A DNA stretch of 32,000 bases from Ferroglobus placidus DSM 10642 (GCF_000025505.1 NC_013849.1:1920001-1952000), one strand, 5' to 3'; shown: positions 1 through 11,558, counted from the first letter of the stretch. Notes: generated by a model from the sequence alone, not told the origin. Made by a program: numbers and translations.

Positions 1-1162
1 TGATATCCTTCACTCCCTTCCTTTCGCAAACTTCTATCAATTTTCTCAAAAGATCCTTGGCGTGAACATCCCTCGTTTTCCCGCAGAAGTTCGAGGCACA
101 GGCTATGGAGTTGTAGTATACTTGTCCTTCTCTTATCTCGAACGTCTTCTCAAGATCCCTCCTCAACTTTTCGACATCCTTAACATCCACAAACGTAACG
201 TTCTGCTGAGGAGTTAGCCTTACCTCTCCTTCTCCGTGCTTGTCAGCCATGTCGGCTATGAATTCAAGCTTTTCAGCGTTGAGAACTCCGCCTATAATAG
301 GCAGAGTGTAATAGTACAAGCCGTTAACCTGCTCGCCGCTTCCGTTGTGATCAGCATGTCTCAACTCAATTCCCTCAACTCTTTCAAGCTTCCCAATTTT
401 TTCCTCTATCACGCTTCTAAGCTTCTCGATCCCCCAAGAATTTACGAGATTTTTGAATCTCGCTTTCGCTTTGCTCTCTCTGCTCGAATGGTCTCTGTGA
501 ATTTCCACAACAGCCTTAACGAACTCGAAAACTTTCTCTTCCGGAACGAAAACACCGAGATTTTTAGCGAGAGTGGGTCCGGGATGGCTTGCCCCTATGC
601 TTCCTCCTACGAAGGGAACGAAACCTCTTCTCCCGTCGAGCTCGACTCCGTACATTCCGAGATCGTTTATTCCGAGCCTTACGCAATCTCCTCCGCATCC
701 GGTGAAAGCGATCTTGAACTTCCTCGGAAGATCTATGAACTCTGGATTTCCCGAGAAGAATTCCGTAAGCTCTTTTGCGTGCTTTGCAACGTCGAAATCG
801 GAAATTTTTCCGCTTAGAGGGCAAGAAACTATATTTCTTACGTCACCATAGCAAGCTCCGCTGAATCCCTGCCCGCAGAGATCGGTCGTGTAGCCGAGAC
901 TGTACAGCTCTTCAAAAATTTCCAAAGCTTTTTCGCTGTCTATCCAGTGGAGCTGAATATCCTGCCTGTCGGTTATTTCAGCGTAGCCTCTTCCGTACTT
1001 TCTCGAAAGCTTCGCTATCTCTCTAAGTTTGTCGCTCGTAATTTGCCCAGCCGGAATTTTTATCCTGAGAAAGTGCAATGATCCATTTCCGTTGTCTCTG
1101 CCCAAGGAGTACTTACCTATAAATTTCCCAATTTCGCCAAGCTCAATTTTGATCTCCATCAT
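1..1162 (-). CDS. Nitrite/sulfite reductase hemoprotein (siroheme/4Fe-4S type), 3' end outside window
   Basis: Reverse-strand reading from ATG at 1162: MMEIKIELGEIGKFIGKYSLGRDNG...EITDRQDIQLHWI...LCGQGFSGACYGDVRNIVSCPLSG...FTGCGGDCVRLGINDLG...EGEVRLTPQQNVTFVDV; open to window edge. Matches the duplicated half-domains and Cys motifs of the family. Confidence 0.85.
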   Translation of the reverse strand, partial: MMEIKIELGEIGKFIGKYSLGRDNGNGSLHFLRIKIPAGQITSDKLREIAKLSRKYGRGYAEITDRQDIQLHWIDSEKALEIFEELYSLGYTTDLCGQGFSGACYGDVRNIVSCPLSGKISDFDVAKHAKELTEFFSGNPEFIDLPRKFKIAFTGCGGDCVRLGINDLGMYGVELDGRRGFVPFVGGSIGASHPGPTLAKNLGVFVPEEKVFEFVKAVVEIHRDHSSRESKAKARFKNLVNSWGIEKLRSVIEEKIGKLERVEGIELRHADHNGSGEQVNGLYYYTLPIIGGVLNAEKLEFIADMADKHGEGEVRLTPQQNVTFVDVKDVEKLRRDLEKTFEIREGQVYYNSIACASNFCGKTRDVHAKDLLRKLIEVCERKGVKDI

Positions 1163-1180
1163 TTGAAAGTTTTTTCAAAT
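1161..1180. promoter_or_regulatory. Inverted repeat ATTTGAAA-GTTT-TTTCAAAT between TATA and start of the sulfite reductase gene
   Basis: Perfect 8-bp arms with 4-nt spacer, overlapping the start codon/likely leaderless TSS. Confidence 0.5.
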
Positions 1181-1183
1181 TAC

Positions 1184-1193
1184 GATATATAAA
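1184..1193 (-). promoter_or_regulatory. TATA box (TTTATATATC on minus strand) for the sulfite reductase gene
   Basis: About 26 nt upstream of the ATG at 1162, consistent with an archaeal promoter of a leaderless transcript. Confidence 0.5.
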
Positions 1194-1208
1194 GTTAACG
1201 GCGTTAAC
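1194..1208. promoter_or_regulatory. Inverted repeat GTTAACG-G-CGTTAAC adjacent to the TATA box
   Basis: Perfect 7-bp arms, 1-nt centre, abutting the TATA box in the divergent intergenic region. Confidence 0.5.
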
Positions 1209-1255
1209 TATTAATATCATAACGTATGAAGAAAATTAAAAGTAAACAGTGTTAA

Positions 1256-2041
1256 GTGATGGGGATGGAGTTCGCTCTAATCGGCTTCGTCGTCGGTTTG
1301 CTTGTGGGATTAACAGGAATAGGCGGAGGAGCGCTGATGACGCCGGTGCTTCTTTTTCTCGGAATACCGATAGAGAAAGCGATAGGCACGGATTTGCTAT
1401 ACTCCTTCTCAGTTAAATCTTTCTCGTCCGCTTTGTATAAAAAAGGAAGGAGCGTTGATGGGACGTTGATAAAGTTAACATCCCCTTCCGGAATACTTGG
1501 AGTCTTCTTCGGCTATTTGCTGCTGAAAGCTGGTGTCGTTGATAGAAAAGTTCTCACCACGATTCTCGGAGCAACGCTCTTCTCAGTAGCTTTGCTAATG
1601 ATACTTTCAAGTGCGAGAAGGAGGTTCAAGACCGAATGTTTGATATGCGAAAGGTACTGCGAAAGATTTGAAGAAGGAAATGGGAAAAAGGCGATTATAG
1701 CAGTTATAGCCTTTTTAGTTGGGATTCTCGTCGAACTAACTTCCATTGGAAGCGGAACGCTGCTAACGTTTGCGATAATTTCTGTGACTAACCTAAAGCC
1801 GAACAAGATAGTGGGCTCGGATTTGATTACCTCCCTCTTCCTCACCGGAGTAGCTTCAGCTCTCCACGCAGACCTCGGAAATATAGATTTTGTTTTAGCG
1901 AGCCATTTAATTCCCTCCGGAATCCTCGGAGCCGCTATCGGCTATCAGCTGTCTAAGAAGTGCTCTCCGGAAATGTTGAAGTCTGCTATTTCAGCTTGCG
2001 TAGCAGTGGCTGCTCTTACCGTAATCTTTGGAAAGATGTGA
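1256..2041 (+). CDS. TauE/SafE family sulfite exporter-like permease
   Basis: 261 aa, many TM segments, duplicated motif GLLVGLTGIGGGALMTPVLLFLGIP; divergent from sulfite reductase. Confidence 0.85.
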   Translation: MMGMEFALIGFVVGLLVGLTGIGGGALMTPVLLFLGIPIEKAIGTDLLYSFSVKSFSSALYKKGRSVDGTLIKLTSPSGILGVFFGYLLLKAGVVDRKVLTTILGATLFSVALLMILSSARRRFKTECLICERYCERFEEGNGKKAIIAVIAFLVGILVELTSIGSGTLLTFAIISVTNLKPNKIVGSDLITSLFLTGVASALHADLGNIDFVLASHLIPSGILGAAIGYQLSKKCSPEMLKSAISACVAVAALTVIFGKM

Positions 2042-2137
2042 TAGCAAACATCGAAACGATATCGGATGAGGTCAATCAAACCAAAAAGTTTATAAACGCT
2101 GAAATCGATGGCTCGTGAACAAGAAATCCGGAGGTAG

Positions 2138-2401
2138 TTGGATTTGGCGGAAATAACAGAAGTGAGAATATATAAAGCGAAAGGAAACGGCGTAGTTAAA
2201 GCCTACGCGTCTGTAAGTTTGGACAACGAGTTTGTCGTGAAGGGGATAAAAATTGTGGAAGGAGAGAGCGGGCTTTGGGTTAGCATGCCGAGTAGAAAGG
2301 CGAAGGATGGGAGCTATCAGGATATATTCCACCCAACAAGTAGAGAGGCGAGAGAGAAAATAGTAAGTGCGGTGTTAGAGGCTTACAAGAGCCAGATATA
2401 G
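2138..2401 (+). CDS. spoVG: SpoVG family protein
   Basis: 87 aa, MDLAEITEVRIYKAKGNGVVKAYASVSLDNEFVVKGIKIVEGESGLWVSMPSRKAKDGSYQDIFHPTSREAREKI closely follows the SpoVG consensus; TTG start with GGAGGTA upstream; TATA-like tttataaa at ~2089-2096. Confidence 0.85.
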   Translation: MDLAEITEVRIYKAKGNGVVKAYASVSLDNEFVVKGIKIVEGESGLWVSMPSRKAKDGSYQDIFHPTSREAREKIVSAVLEAYKSQI

Positions 2402-2465
2402 CCGGTTTGCAAATTCTCTAAGATTTTTCGGTAAATTTTTAAAACTTTTATAGATTGTTTTTTTC

Positions 2466-2876
2466 ATGGAAGAAATTACGAGAATCGGCGTCAGTCTTCC
2501 GAAAAACCTCCTTGAAGAATTCGATAGCATCATAGGAAAGAGAGGATACTCCTCAAGAAGCGAGGCAATTAGAGATGCCATACGAAGCTACATAATCGAA
2601 TACAAGTGGCTCGAAAAGGAGGAGGGTGAAGCAGTTGGAGTTCTGAACGTCGTTTACGATCACGAAGTGAAAGGTGTCAGCGACACTCTCATCGACTTGC
2701 AGCACGAGTTTTCTGATATTATTCTCGCAAGCCTACACCTCCATCTTAAAAGAGATCTGTGCTTGGAAATGATAATTCTCAGGGGTGATATGAAGAGAAT
2801 AAAAGAGATCTCCGATAAAGTCTCCGCTGTGAAGGGAGTAAGGTTCGTGAAGTTTCTAACCGCCTTTAAGGAGTGA
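2466..2876 (+). CDS. nikR: Nickel-responsive transcriptional regulator NikR
   Basis: N-terminal ribbon-helix-helix ([37 protein letters not shown]) plus C-terminal nickel-binding domain (VYDHEV...[17 protein letters not shown]...[10 protein letters not shown]). Confidence 0.92.
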   Translation: MEEITRIGVSLPKNLLEEFDSIIGKRGYSSRSEAIRDAIRSYIIEYKWLEKEEGEAVGVLNVVYDHEVKGVSDTLIDLQHEFSDIILASLHLHLKRDLCLEMIILRGDMKRIKEISDKVSAVKGVRFVKFLTAFKE

Positions 2877-3497
2877 TTTTCCGTACTTGCAAATCTCCAC
2901 CAACTTACACTCGTTACACTTCGGCTTTATTGGCTTACATATTGTCTGTCCGAAGCCTACCATAGCTTTGTTTACCCTTCTCCAGTACTTTTTCGGAACG
3001 ATCTTTTTCAGCTCCTCTTCCGTCTCTTCCGGAGTTTTCGTCTCAACCAATCCGAGCCTGTTCGAGATTCTGTGGACGTGGGTGTCTACTGCTATAGCTT
3101 CCTTTCCAAACGCTTCAGCCAAGACGACGTTAGCAACTTTTCTTCCAACTCCCGGGAGTTTAAGAAGGTCCTCAAGCTTGTCCGGAACTCTCGAATTGAA
3201 CTCCTTGACGAGAATCTCGCCGAGTTTTTTAAGCTTCTTAGCCTTTTCTCTGTAAAAACCTACACCTCTGATGAGTTTCTCAATCTCCTCGACTTTCATC
3301 CTCGCAAGATCTTCCGGAGTTTTCACGACCCTAAACAGCCTCTCTGAAGCTTCTATTGTCGCTTCGTCTCTCGTTCTCGTGCTTAAAATTGCCGAAACGA
3401 GAATTTTGAAGGGATCCCGCTCAGATTTCCAGAACACTGCAGCATTTCTCTTCTTCGCTTCGTTTTCCATTACATTTATAAGCCATTCCCAGTCCAC
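2856..3497 (-). CDS. nth: Endonuclease III (HhH-GPD DNA glycosylase, 4Fe-4S)
   Basis: [40 protein letters not shown]; C-terminal C-x6-C-x2-C-x5-C cluster [17 protein letters not shown]. Confidence 0.92.
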   Translation of the reverse strand: MDWEWLINVMENEAKKRNAAVFWKSERDPFKILVSAILSTRTRDEATIEASERLFRVVKTPEDLARMKVEEIEKLIRGVGFYREKAKKLKKLGEILVKEFNSRVPDKLEDLLKLPGVGRKVANVVLAEAFGKEAIAVDTHVHRISNRLGLVETKTPEETEEELKKIVPKKYWRRVNKAMVGFGQTICKPIKPKCNECKLVEICKYGKSLLKGG

Positions 3498-3566
3498 AGG
3501 ATAAAGTAAGATAACCTTTAAAAACTGTTTCCGAAAAACTATGGCATGCTTTTACGGTGATGTTAG

Positions 3567-4133
3567 ATGTACGCGAGGGTCAAAATTAGGGACACTGTCA
3601 GAGTTCCTCCAAACAGGCTCGGGGAGGATATGGAGGAGGTAATTAACGAACTTCTCTGGGAGCAGTTTGAGGGGAAGCTGGATAGGGAATACGGGATGAT
3701 CGTGGGTATAGAGAGCATAGAGGAAATAGGAGAGGGAAGAATAATTGAGGGAGATGGTGGAGTTTATTTCGATGTGATTTTCAACGCGATAACTTTCAAG
3801 CCCCTACTTCAGGAGGTTGTCGAAGGGGAAGTGGTGGAGATAGTTGAATTTGGAGCGTTTGTTTCGATAGGACCGATGGACGGCTTGCTCCACATGAGCC
3901 AGATAATGGACGACTACATCGTTTACGACGAGAAGAACAAGAGGTTAGTAGGGAAAGAAACGAAGAGGTCGCTTGAGGAGGGAGATGCCGTAAGGGTGAG
4001 AATAGTCGCTCTAAGCTTAAAGGAGAGGGACCCGTCGAAAAGCAAGATAGGTTTGACGATGCGCCAGCCATGGCTTGGGGCAATAAAATGGCTTGAGGAG
4101 GAGATCAAAAAGATTCTGGAGGAGAAGGCATGA
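3567..4133 (+). CDS. rpo7: DNA-directed RNA polymerase subunit E' (Rpo7)
   Basis: MYARVKIRDTVRVPPNRLGEDMEEVINELLWEQFEGKLDREYGMIVGI plus S1-like domain; overlaps spt4. Confidence 0.93.
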   Translation: MYARVKIRDTVRVPPNRLGEDMEEVINELLWEQFEGKLDREYGMIVGIESIEEIGEGRIIEGDGGVYFDVIFNAITFKPLLQEVVEGEVVEIVEFGAFVSIGPMDGLLHMSQIMDDYIVYDEKNKRLVGKETKRSLEEGDAVRVRIVALSLKERDPSKSKIGLTMRQPWLGAIKWLEEEIKKILEEKA

Positions 4134-4318
4134 CGGAAGTGGCTTGTAAATCCTGCAAATACATCACGAGCGAAGCCACGGTCTGCAAAATCTGCGGAGG
4201 AAGGGATTTCACGAAAAACTGGTACGGATATTTAGTGGTGATAGACCCGGAAAAGAGCGAAATAGCGAAGAAGCTCGGAATTAAGTATCCGGGGAAGTAC
4301 GCTTTGACAGTGAGCTGA
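4130..4318 (+). CDS. spt4: Transcription elongation factor Spt4 (RpoE'')
   Basis: 62 aa zinc ribbon ACKSCKYIT...CKICGG..FTKNWYGYLVVIDPEKSEIAKKLGI...GKYAL. Confidence 0.92.
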   Translation: MTEVACKSCKYITSEATVCKICGGRDFTKNWYGYLVVIDPEKSEIAKKLGIKYPGKYALTVS

Positions 4319-4319
4319 A

Positions 4320-4892
4320 ATGCTGAGAATGCCGGAATCTCTAAGAAAAGATCTTCAAAAGCCTTACGGCAGAGTGTACAGAGGTAGAGGGGTTGAGCTG
4401 GTTAAGAGAATTGAAGAGTTAAGAAAAGCGAAGTACGTGGCTTGCATAGGAGATCTCGTAAGCCTATACTCGCTCCAAGCAGGATACAAGCCGGATATCG
4501 TCGTTCTGGACTATAAAACGGAGAGGGAAAAACTCGATGACGATTTTTCCTCGAAAATTTCAAAACTGCTTGAAGGCTACGAAAAAGTAGAGGCTGAAAA
4601 TCCCCAAAGCTGCATAAGCGAAGATCTGGTGGAAAAGTTGGTTGAAGCTGTCAGAAATCTCGGGAGGAGGAGAACTGCCGTGATCGTTAAGGGAGAGGAA
4701 GATTTGGCTACCCTCGTTTTAGCTGCTTTAATGCCTTCCGGCTCGATAATTCTCTACGGAATCCCTTCCGTTGGGATCGCTGCTTATGAGGTCGGTGAAA
4801 AAGTTCTAATACTCAACCTTCTCCAGAAGTTTGAAGCCGAAGAAAACGATAGGGTTATGAAAATGATCGAGGAGGTGTTGGAATGGAACTGA
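4320..4892 (+). CDS. GTP-dependent dephospho-CoA kinase (DUF359 family)
   Basis: LRKDLQKPYGRVYRG...ACIGDLVSLYSLQAGYKPDIVVLDYKTER...VKGEEDLATLVLAALMPSGSIILYGIP; conserved archaeal position between spt4 and S24e. Confidence 0.88.
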   Translation: MLRMPESLRKDLQKPYGRVYRGRGVELVKRIEELRKAKYVACIGDLVSLYSLQAGYKPDIVVLDYKTEREKLDDDFSSKISKLLEGYEKVEAENPQSCISEDLVEKLVEAVRNLGRRRTAVIVKGEEDLATLVLAALMPSGSIILYGIPSVGIAAYEVGEKVLILNLLQKFEAEENDRVMKMIEEVLEWN

Positions 4893-5181
4893 GAATAGAA
4901 AAGGAGAGATACAATCCGCTCCTTAAAAGGAGGGAAGTTTACTTTAGAGTAACATTCAACGGAGCCACGCCGAAGAGGAGCGAAGTTAGAGAAAAGCTTG
5001 CCGCTCTGCTCAACGCAAATTCGAACACAACAGTAATCGACTGGATGAGGAACGAATTTGGGAAGACTGAAGCTGTGGGTTACGCTAAAATCTACGACAG
5101 CGAAGAAGACATGAGAAGCATCGAAGAAGAGCACGTTTTGAGGAGGAACTTCGGAGGTAAGGAGGAAGAAGAGGGAGGTGA

Positions 5182-5185
<4 letters not shown>
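4883..5185 (+). CDS. rps24e: 30S ribosomal protein S24e
   Basis: [46 protein letters not shown]; followed by S27ae. Confidence 0.92.
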
Positions 5186-6907
<1,722 letters not shown>

Positions 6908-6921
6908 AAAATATTATTTTC

Positions 6922-7746
6922 ATGGCAACCTACGTTTTCTTTCACAGAGAATTCGTGGGAAAAAATTGGCCAATAGTCGGAGACAGATACAGAGGTTTCG
7001 AAAGCTTGATCGAGGAATTTAAAAAGCTTGGAGCCGCAGTTTTTGAGCCAGAAGAAGTTGACGAAAATCTTTTGCTGAAAGTACACACGGAAAAGTTTCT
7101 GGAAGAGCAGAGCAAAAACTGGTACTACAGAGGAGCCAAGCTCACCGTAGGAGGAGTTGTGAAGGCTTGCGAGCTCGTGTGGAAGGAAAAAGGTAACGCG
7201 GTGGTTTTCTCCGTTGCTGCCGGACATCACGCTGGAAGAAATCACGCTTGGGGCGGTACTTATCTTAACTGCGCCGGAACGGCTTTGGTTAGACTCAGAG
7301 AGCTCGGATTGAGGAGAATCGCTTTGATAGACACAGACGCTCATCACGGAGACGGAGACAGAGACGTCCTCTTCGGAGATAGAAACGCTCTTCACATCTG
7401 CTTCTGCTGGAACAACATCGTCGAGGACGGAGGAACTAAGATCTGCGTTAGAGTGAGCGACGTCGATGGAGACGAGGAGTACCTTGAGAGAGTTTTAGAC
7501 ACCTTTGGCATTATAGAAAAATTCGAGCCGGAAATGATACTGCACTTCTTCGGACACGACACTCATAAATACGATTACGGTAGCCTGGGCTTAAGCGAGG
7601 AGTTCTTTCCGAAACTCGCTAAGGAGATTAAAAATTTGGCTGACGAGATCTGCGAGGGAAGATACGTTCTTATAGATGGTGGCGGAGCTAACAGAGAGGT
7701 AGGAATGAAAATCTGGAGAGAAATCGTAAAAATTCTTCTGAGTTAA
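6922..7746 (+). CDS. Histone deacetylase/acetoin utilization (arginase-fold deacetylase) family protein
   Basis: [54 protein letters not shown]...[21 protein letters not shown]. Confidence 0.88.
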   Translation: MATYVFFHREFVGKNWPIVGDRYRGFESLIEEFKKLGAAVFEPEEVDENLLLKVHTEKFLEEQSKNWYYRGAKLTVGGVVKACELVWKEKGNAVVFSVAAGHHAGRNHAWGGTYLNCAGTALVRLRELGLRRIALIDTDAHHGDGDRDVLFGDRNALHICFCWNNIVEDGGTKICVRVSDVDGDEEYLERVLDTFGIIEKFEPEMILHFFGHDTHKYDYGSLGLSEEFFPKLAKEIKNLADEICEGRYVLIDGGGANREVGMKIWREIVKILLS

Positions 7747-8714
7747 TCGTCTATCCTAAGATCTTTTAGGTAAACCCCTTCCCCTTCCTCAACGTAGCCT
7801 ACAATCTTACCGTCGTATCTTTTTTCGAGCTCTTTCGCATCATCTTCCGGCAAAATCAGCATGTATCCCATGCCCATGTTGAAAGTTCTGTACATCTCTT
7901 TTGTATCTATCTCCCCTAACCTCTGGAGGAACTCGAATATTTTTTGAGGTTTGAGGGGATTATCTATTACAAACTTCACATCTTTCAACCTTTTCAGATT
8001 TAACAAACCTCCACCGGTTATGTTTGCTATCCCGTGCACGTCGAACTTCTCTATAATTTCGAGGGTTTCCACGTAAATTCTCGTCGGCTTAAGAAGCTCT
8101 TCTCCTATCGTTCTATCCTCGAACTTGTCGAAGTAGCTTAAACCCGAAGATTCGATGAGTTTTCTTGCCAAAGTCAATCCGTTGCTGTGAATTCCGCTGC
8201 TCGGAAAAGCGTATATAACGTCTCCCTCAACGATTTTTTCTCCCGTTATTAGCTTCTTCACAACTCCTATAGCCGTTCCGGAGAGATCCCATCCTTTAAC
8301 GAAATCCAGTGTTGCCGTCTCTCCGCCAATCAAAGACATGTTTGCTATTTTACAACCTTCGTTCAGTCCTATCCCTATCTCCTCCATTATTTTTTCATCC
8401 GGGCTGTTGGTGGCTATGTAATCGACCATAGCTATCGGCTCAGCTCCCACAGCCATTAGATCGTTAGCGTTCATAGCTACGCAGTCGATTCCTATGGTTT
8501 TGAAATTCCTCATCGCCTCCGCAACTTTTATCTTCGTTCCAACGCCGTCGGTAGTTATCGCTAACAGAAACCCCACGTCGATGACGCTTGCGAAGTGATT
8601 CGTCAAAACGACCTTTCCGAAACCTTCCCTCCTGAATTTTAACGCGGAAACGAGACTCTTCACGGCTTTTTCTTCCTTTTTTATGTCAACTCCCGCCTCC
8701 GCGTAAGTTCTCAT
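7743..8714 (-). CDS. purM: Phosphoribosylformylglycinamidine cyclo-ligase
   Basis: TYAEAGVDI...[18 protein letters not shown]...[25 protein letters not shown]...LIGGETATL. Confidence 0.92.
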   Translation of the reverse strand: MRTYAEAGVDIKKEEKAVKSLVSALKFRREGFGKVVLTNHFASVIDVGFLLAITTDGVGTKIKVAEAMRNFKTIGIDCVAMNANDLMAVGAEPIAMVDYIATNSPDEKIMEEIGIGLNEGCKIANMSLIGGETATLDFVKGWDLSGTAIGVVKKLITGEKIVEGDVIYAFPSSGIHSNGLTLARKLIESSGLSYFDKFEDRTIGEELLKPTRIYVETLEIIEKFDVHGIANITGGGLLNLKRLKDVKFVIDNPLKPQKIFEFLQRLGEIDTKEMYRTFNMGMGYMLILPEDDAKELEKRYDGKIVGYVEEGEGVYLKDLRIDD

Positions 8715-9928
8715 TCTCTCAACTCCCTCAGTTTTTCGTAAAGTTTAGGCAAAAATAGTCCGACATCTGTAACCACTCCGATGGCTTGAGCTGTTCCTCT
8801 GTCCATTAGCTTCGTCACGGTTGCCGGGTTTATGTCAACGCATATCGTTTTCACAGTTGATGGCAAAAGATTTCCTACAGCTATGCTGTGCAGAGTTGTC
8901 GCAAGCATTAAAACCATGTCTATCCCCCTCAAAGCCTCCTTCATAGCCTTCTTAGCTTTCATGACGTCGGTGATAACCTCGGGAAGGGGACCATCGTCTC
9001 TGATCGATCCGGCTAAGATGAAGGGGACGTTGTTCTTAACGCACTCGTACATTATTCCGTCCTTGACTATTCCGAGCTCAACAGCCCTTTTTATTCCTCC
9101 TACCGATATGATTTTGCTTATCGTGTACAAGTGGTGTCTGTTTCCTCCCGGCACGGGTCTGCCCGTGCGAAGGTCCATTCCGAGAGACGTGCCGAAGAGA
9201 GAAGCTTCGATGTCGTGAACTGCTAAAGCGTTTCCGGAAAGAAGTAAATCAACGTATCCGTCTCTTATCATCGCCGCAAGAGCTTCTCTCGCTCCGGTGT
9301 GGTTCACAGCCGGTCCGGCTACAACAGCAATTCTGCCACCTTTCTTTTTAAGCTCGATCATCTCCCTCGCTATTATCTCCGTTATTTCCTCGGTCGGTCT
9401 TTCTGAGGAAACGCTACCACCCATGAACTGGAACGGAGAGTATTTTCTCGGTCTCTCTGGAGGAACGACTTTAACTCCTTTTTCACCCACGACTATCTTG
9501 TCTCCCTTCTTCACCTCATCAATAGAGATGCAGACTGCTCTGTCGTCTCTTATCGCAATAACCCTGTCCATGCTAATGTCTTCTACTTCAATCCACCTCC
9601 CTTTGTAGAACACGTAGGTCGGGTGGTTTGTGGTGACGTAGAAGTTGTCCGGCAAAACTTTATCAGCCTCAGCCTCCTTCAATTCCACTTCCTCGGGCTT
9701 TATCTCCCTCGCTCCAAGTTTGTGAAGCTCCCTCAAAATCTTGTTTAGATGCTCCTCATCCTTTCCAGCTACGAAAAGCCGAGCGTAGCTGTGCTCTTCC
9801 TTTTTCCTTCCGACCCTAAACTCGAGTATTTCGAATTCCCCCTCTAAATCGAGGATCGTGTCGAGGGCTTTGCTCAGTATGAGCGAATCTATCAAATGCC
9901 CTTCAAACTCGACTTCCTTCCCTATCAT
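8711..9928 (-). CDS. TIGR00300 / LOR-SDH-domain family protein, archaeal ornithine cyclodeaminase-type
   Basis: 405 aa; [45 protein letters not shown]...[43 protein letters not shown]; operonic with argB. Function inferred from family. Confidence 0.75.
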   Translation of the reverse strand: MIGKEVEFEGHLIDSLILSKALDTILDLEGEFEILEFRVGRKKEEHSYARLFVAGKDEEHLNKILRELHKLGAREIKPEEVELKEAEADKVLPDNFYVTTNHPTYVFYKGRWIEVEDISMDRVIAIRDDRAVCISIDEVKKGDKIVVGEKGVKVVPPERPRKYSPFQFMGGSVSSERPTEEITEIIAREMIELKKKGGRIAVVAGPAVNHTGAREALAAMIRDGYVDLLLSGNALAVHDIEASLFGTSLGMDLRTGRPVPGGNRHHLYTISKIISVGGIKRAVELGIVKDGIMYECVKNNVPFILAGSIRDDGPLPEVITDVMKAKKAMKEALRGIDMVLMLATTLHSIAVGNLLPSTVKTICVDINPATVTKLMDRGTAQAIGVVTDVGLFLPKLYEKLRELRE

Positions 9929-10689
9929 CCGAGTACCTCCTCCAAGATTTTTTTCGAAGCAAGTATTCCATCTTCGTCCCGAAGCTCTAAGGTTAGGTAG
10001 CCTTTATAATTCTTTGGTATGAAAGCTTTGAAATCTACGCTCCCCTCTCCGAGGGGGAGGTGCTCGTCGTATTCCCCTCTATTGTCGTGGAGGTGTATGT
10101 TCGCTATCTTTTCTTCGTATTCCAAAAACAGCTCGTGCCCTTCTTTAACGTTGTAATGCCCTACGTCGAGAGTTATCTTGGCTTCGGTCTCCTCGAATAT
10201 TTCTCTGAGCTTCTTTTCTATCACTCCCCTAACGGATATCGTGTTCTCTATAGCCACGATTTCTTTGTCTGCCAAAAATCCTTTAAGCTCCTCGAGAGCT
10301 CTCTCGTTAGTTTTTTCGTACCACCCCTCTTTGAAAATAAATCCCCGGGAAGTTATGAATCCGGGATTCCATCCGAGGTGAATTGTTACTAGCGGCGAAT
10401 CTATCTCTTCGGCGAACTTCAAAGTTTTCTCAAGCTCCTCGTAACTCGCTTTCCTCATCACGCTGCTCACCGAAAGAAAGTTCGTGTAAACGGCCGAAGC
10501 GTGAATTATAATCTCTACGTCGTAGATCCCCTTCAACTCAAGCACAGTTGCGGAATTAAGATACTCGTAATGGTAGTACGGATGATCCATCAAAATCTCT
10601 ACGTGATCGAAATCGTTTTCTTTAGCGAACTTCAAAGCATCTTCGAGCTTCTGATCCACTCCCGGCTGAAAGCCAAGCATAACCATCAC
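9925..10689 (-). CDS. Sugar phosphate isomerase/epimerase-like (AP endonuclease family 2) TIM-barrel protein
   Basis: MLGFQPGVDQKLEDALKFAKENDFDHVEILMD...AIENTI...ITLDVGHYNVKEGHELFLEYEEKIANIHLHDNRGEYDEHLPLGEGSVDF. Confidence 0.8.
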   Translation of the reverse strand: MMVMLGFQPGVDQKLEDALKFAKENDFDHVEILMDHPYYHYEYLNSATVLELKGIYDVEIIIHASAVYTNFLSVSSVMRKASYEELEKTLKFAEEIDSPLVTIHLGWNPGFITSRGFIFKEGWYEKTNERALEELKGFLADKEIVAIENTISVRGVIEKKLREIFEETEAKITLDVGHYNVKEGHELFLEYEEKIANIHLHDNRGEYDEHLPLGEGSVDFKAFIPKNYKGYLTLELRDEDGILASKKILEEVLG

Positions 10690-11558
10690 GGATAAACCAT
10701 CGTTCCTATCCCTTCCTTAGTAAACAGCTCAAGGAGAATGGCATGTTCTACTGATCCGTTTATTATGTGTCCCCTCTCCACTCCTCCCTTCAAAGCCTTT
10801 ATTATAGCTTCAGCTTTCGGAATCATTCCGCCGCTAAGCTCTCCTTTTTTAAGCATTTCTTCGAGCTCCTTCAAGCTTATCTTGGAAATTACCGAGTTCG
10901 GATCGTTAACATCCCTAAGTATCCCCGGGACGTCGGTGAGAATGATCAGCTTCTTAGCCTTCAACGCAGCAGCTATGTCTCCCGCAACCGTATCTGCGTT
11001 CATGTTGTAGATGTTCCCGTTCAAGTCGACAGCAACGGGAGAAACTACCGGAATAAAACCGTTATCGATGAGTATTTTCAAAATTTCGGGGTTAACTATT
11101 TCAGTCTCGCCTACGTAACCCAAATCCAACTCGACCTCGCTATCTCCGATCTTCTTCTTCACCTTCTTCTTTTTCGCAACAACAAGCAGTCCGTCCTTTC
11201 CGGACATACCAACTGCTTTTCCGCCGTTTTTTATGAAGAGGGAAACGATCTTGGAATTGATCTTCCCGTCGAGTACCATCTGAACGACTTCTATCGTCTC
11301 CTCATCCGTAACTCTCAGTCCGTCAACGAACTTCGGTTTTATCCCCAACCTCTCCATCTTCTCGCTTATCTCCGGACCGCCACCGTGAACGACGATCGGC
11401 TTAATACCGACGAAATACAGAAGGATGACATCTCTTACGGCACTCTCCAAAATTTTCTCGTTGACCATCGCGTGTCCGCCTATTTTGATGACCATTACTT
11501 TTCCGTGAAATTCTCTTATGTAAGGTAGAGCCTCAACGAGCGTCTTCACTTTTTCCAT
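10686..11558 (-). CDS. argB: Acetylglutamate kinase (or paralog)
   Basis: VMVIKIGGHAMVNEKILESAVRDVILLYFVGIKPIVVHGGGPEISEKMERLGIKPKFVDGLRVTDEETIEVVQMVLDGKINSKIV...GGMIPKAEA. Confidence 0.93.
   Translation of the reverse strand: MEKVKTLVEALPYIREFHGKVMVIKIGGHAMVNEKILESAVRDVILLYFVGIKPIVVHGGGPEISEKMERLGIKPKFVDGLRVTDEETIEVVQMVLDGKINSKIVSLFIKNGGKAVGMSGKDGLLVVAKKKKVKKKIGDSEVELDLGYVGETEIVNPEILKILIDNGFIPVVSPVAVDLNGNIYNMNADTVAGDIAAALKAKKLIILTDVPGILRDVNDPNSVISKISLKELEEMLKKGELSGGMIPKAEAIIKALKGGVERGHIINGSVEHAILLELFTKEGIGTMVYP

Noticed and set aside
8832-10392. Several 103-128 aa plus-strand ORFs across the TIGR00300 and TIM-barrel genes
   Set aside because: Shadow ORFs on the opposite strand of an operon with clear coding content.
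10767-11528. 253-aa plus-strand ORF inside argB
   Set aside because: Shadow ORF antisense to an unambiguous acetylglutamate kinase.
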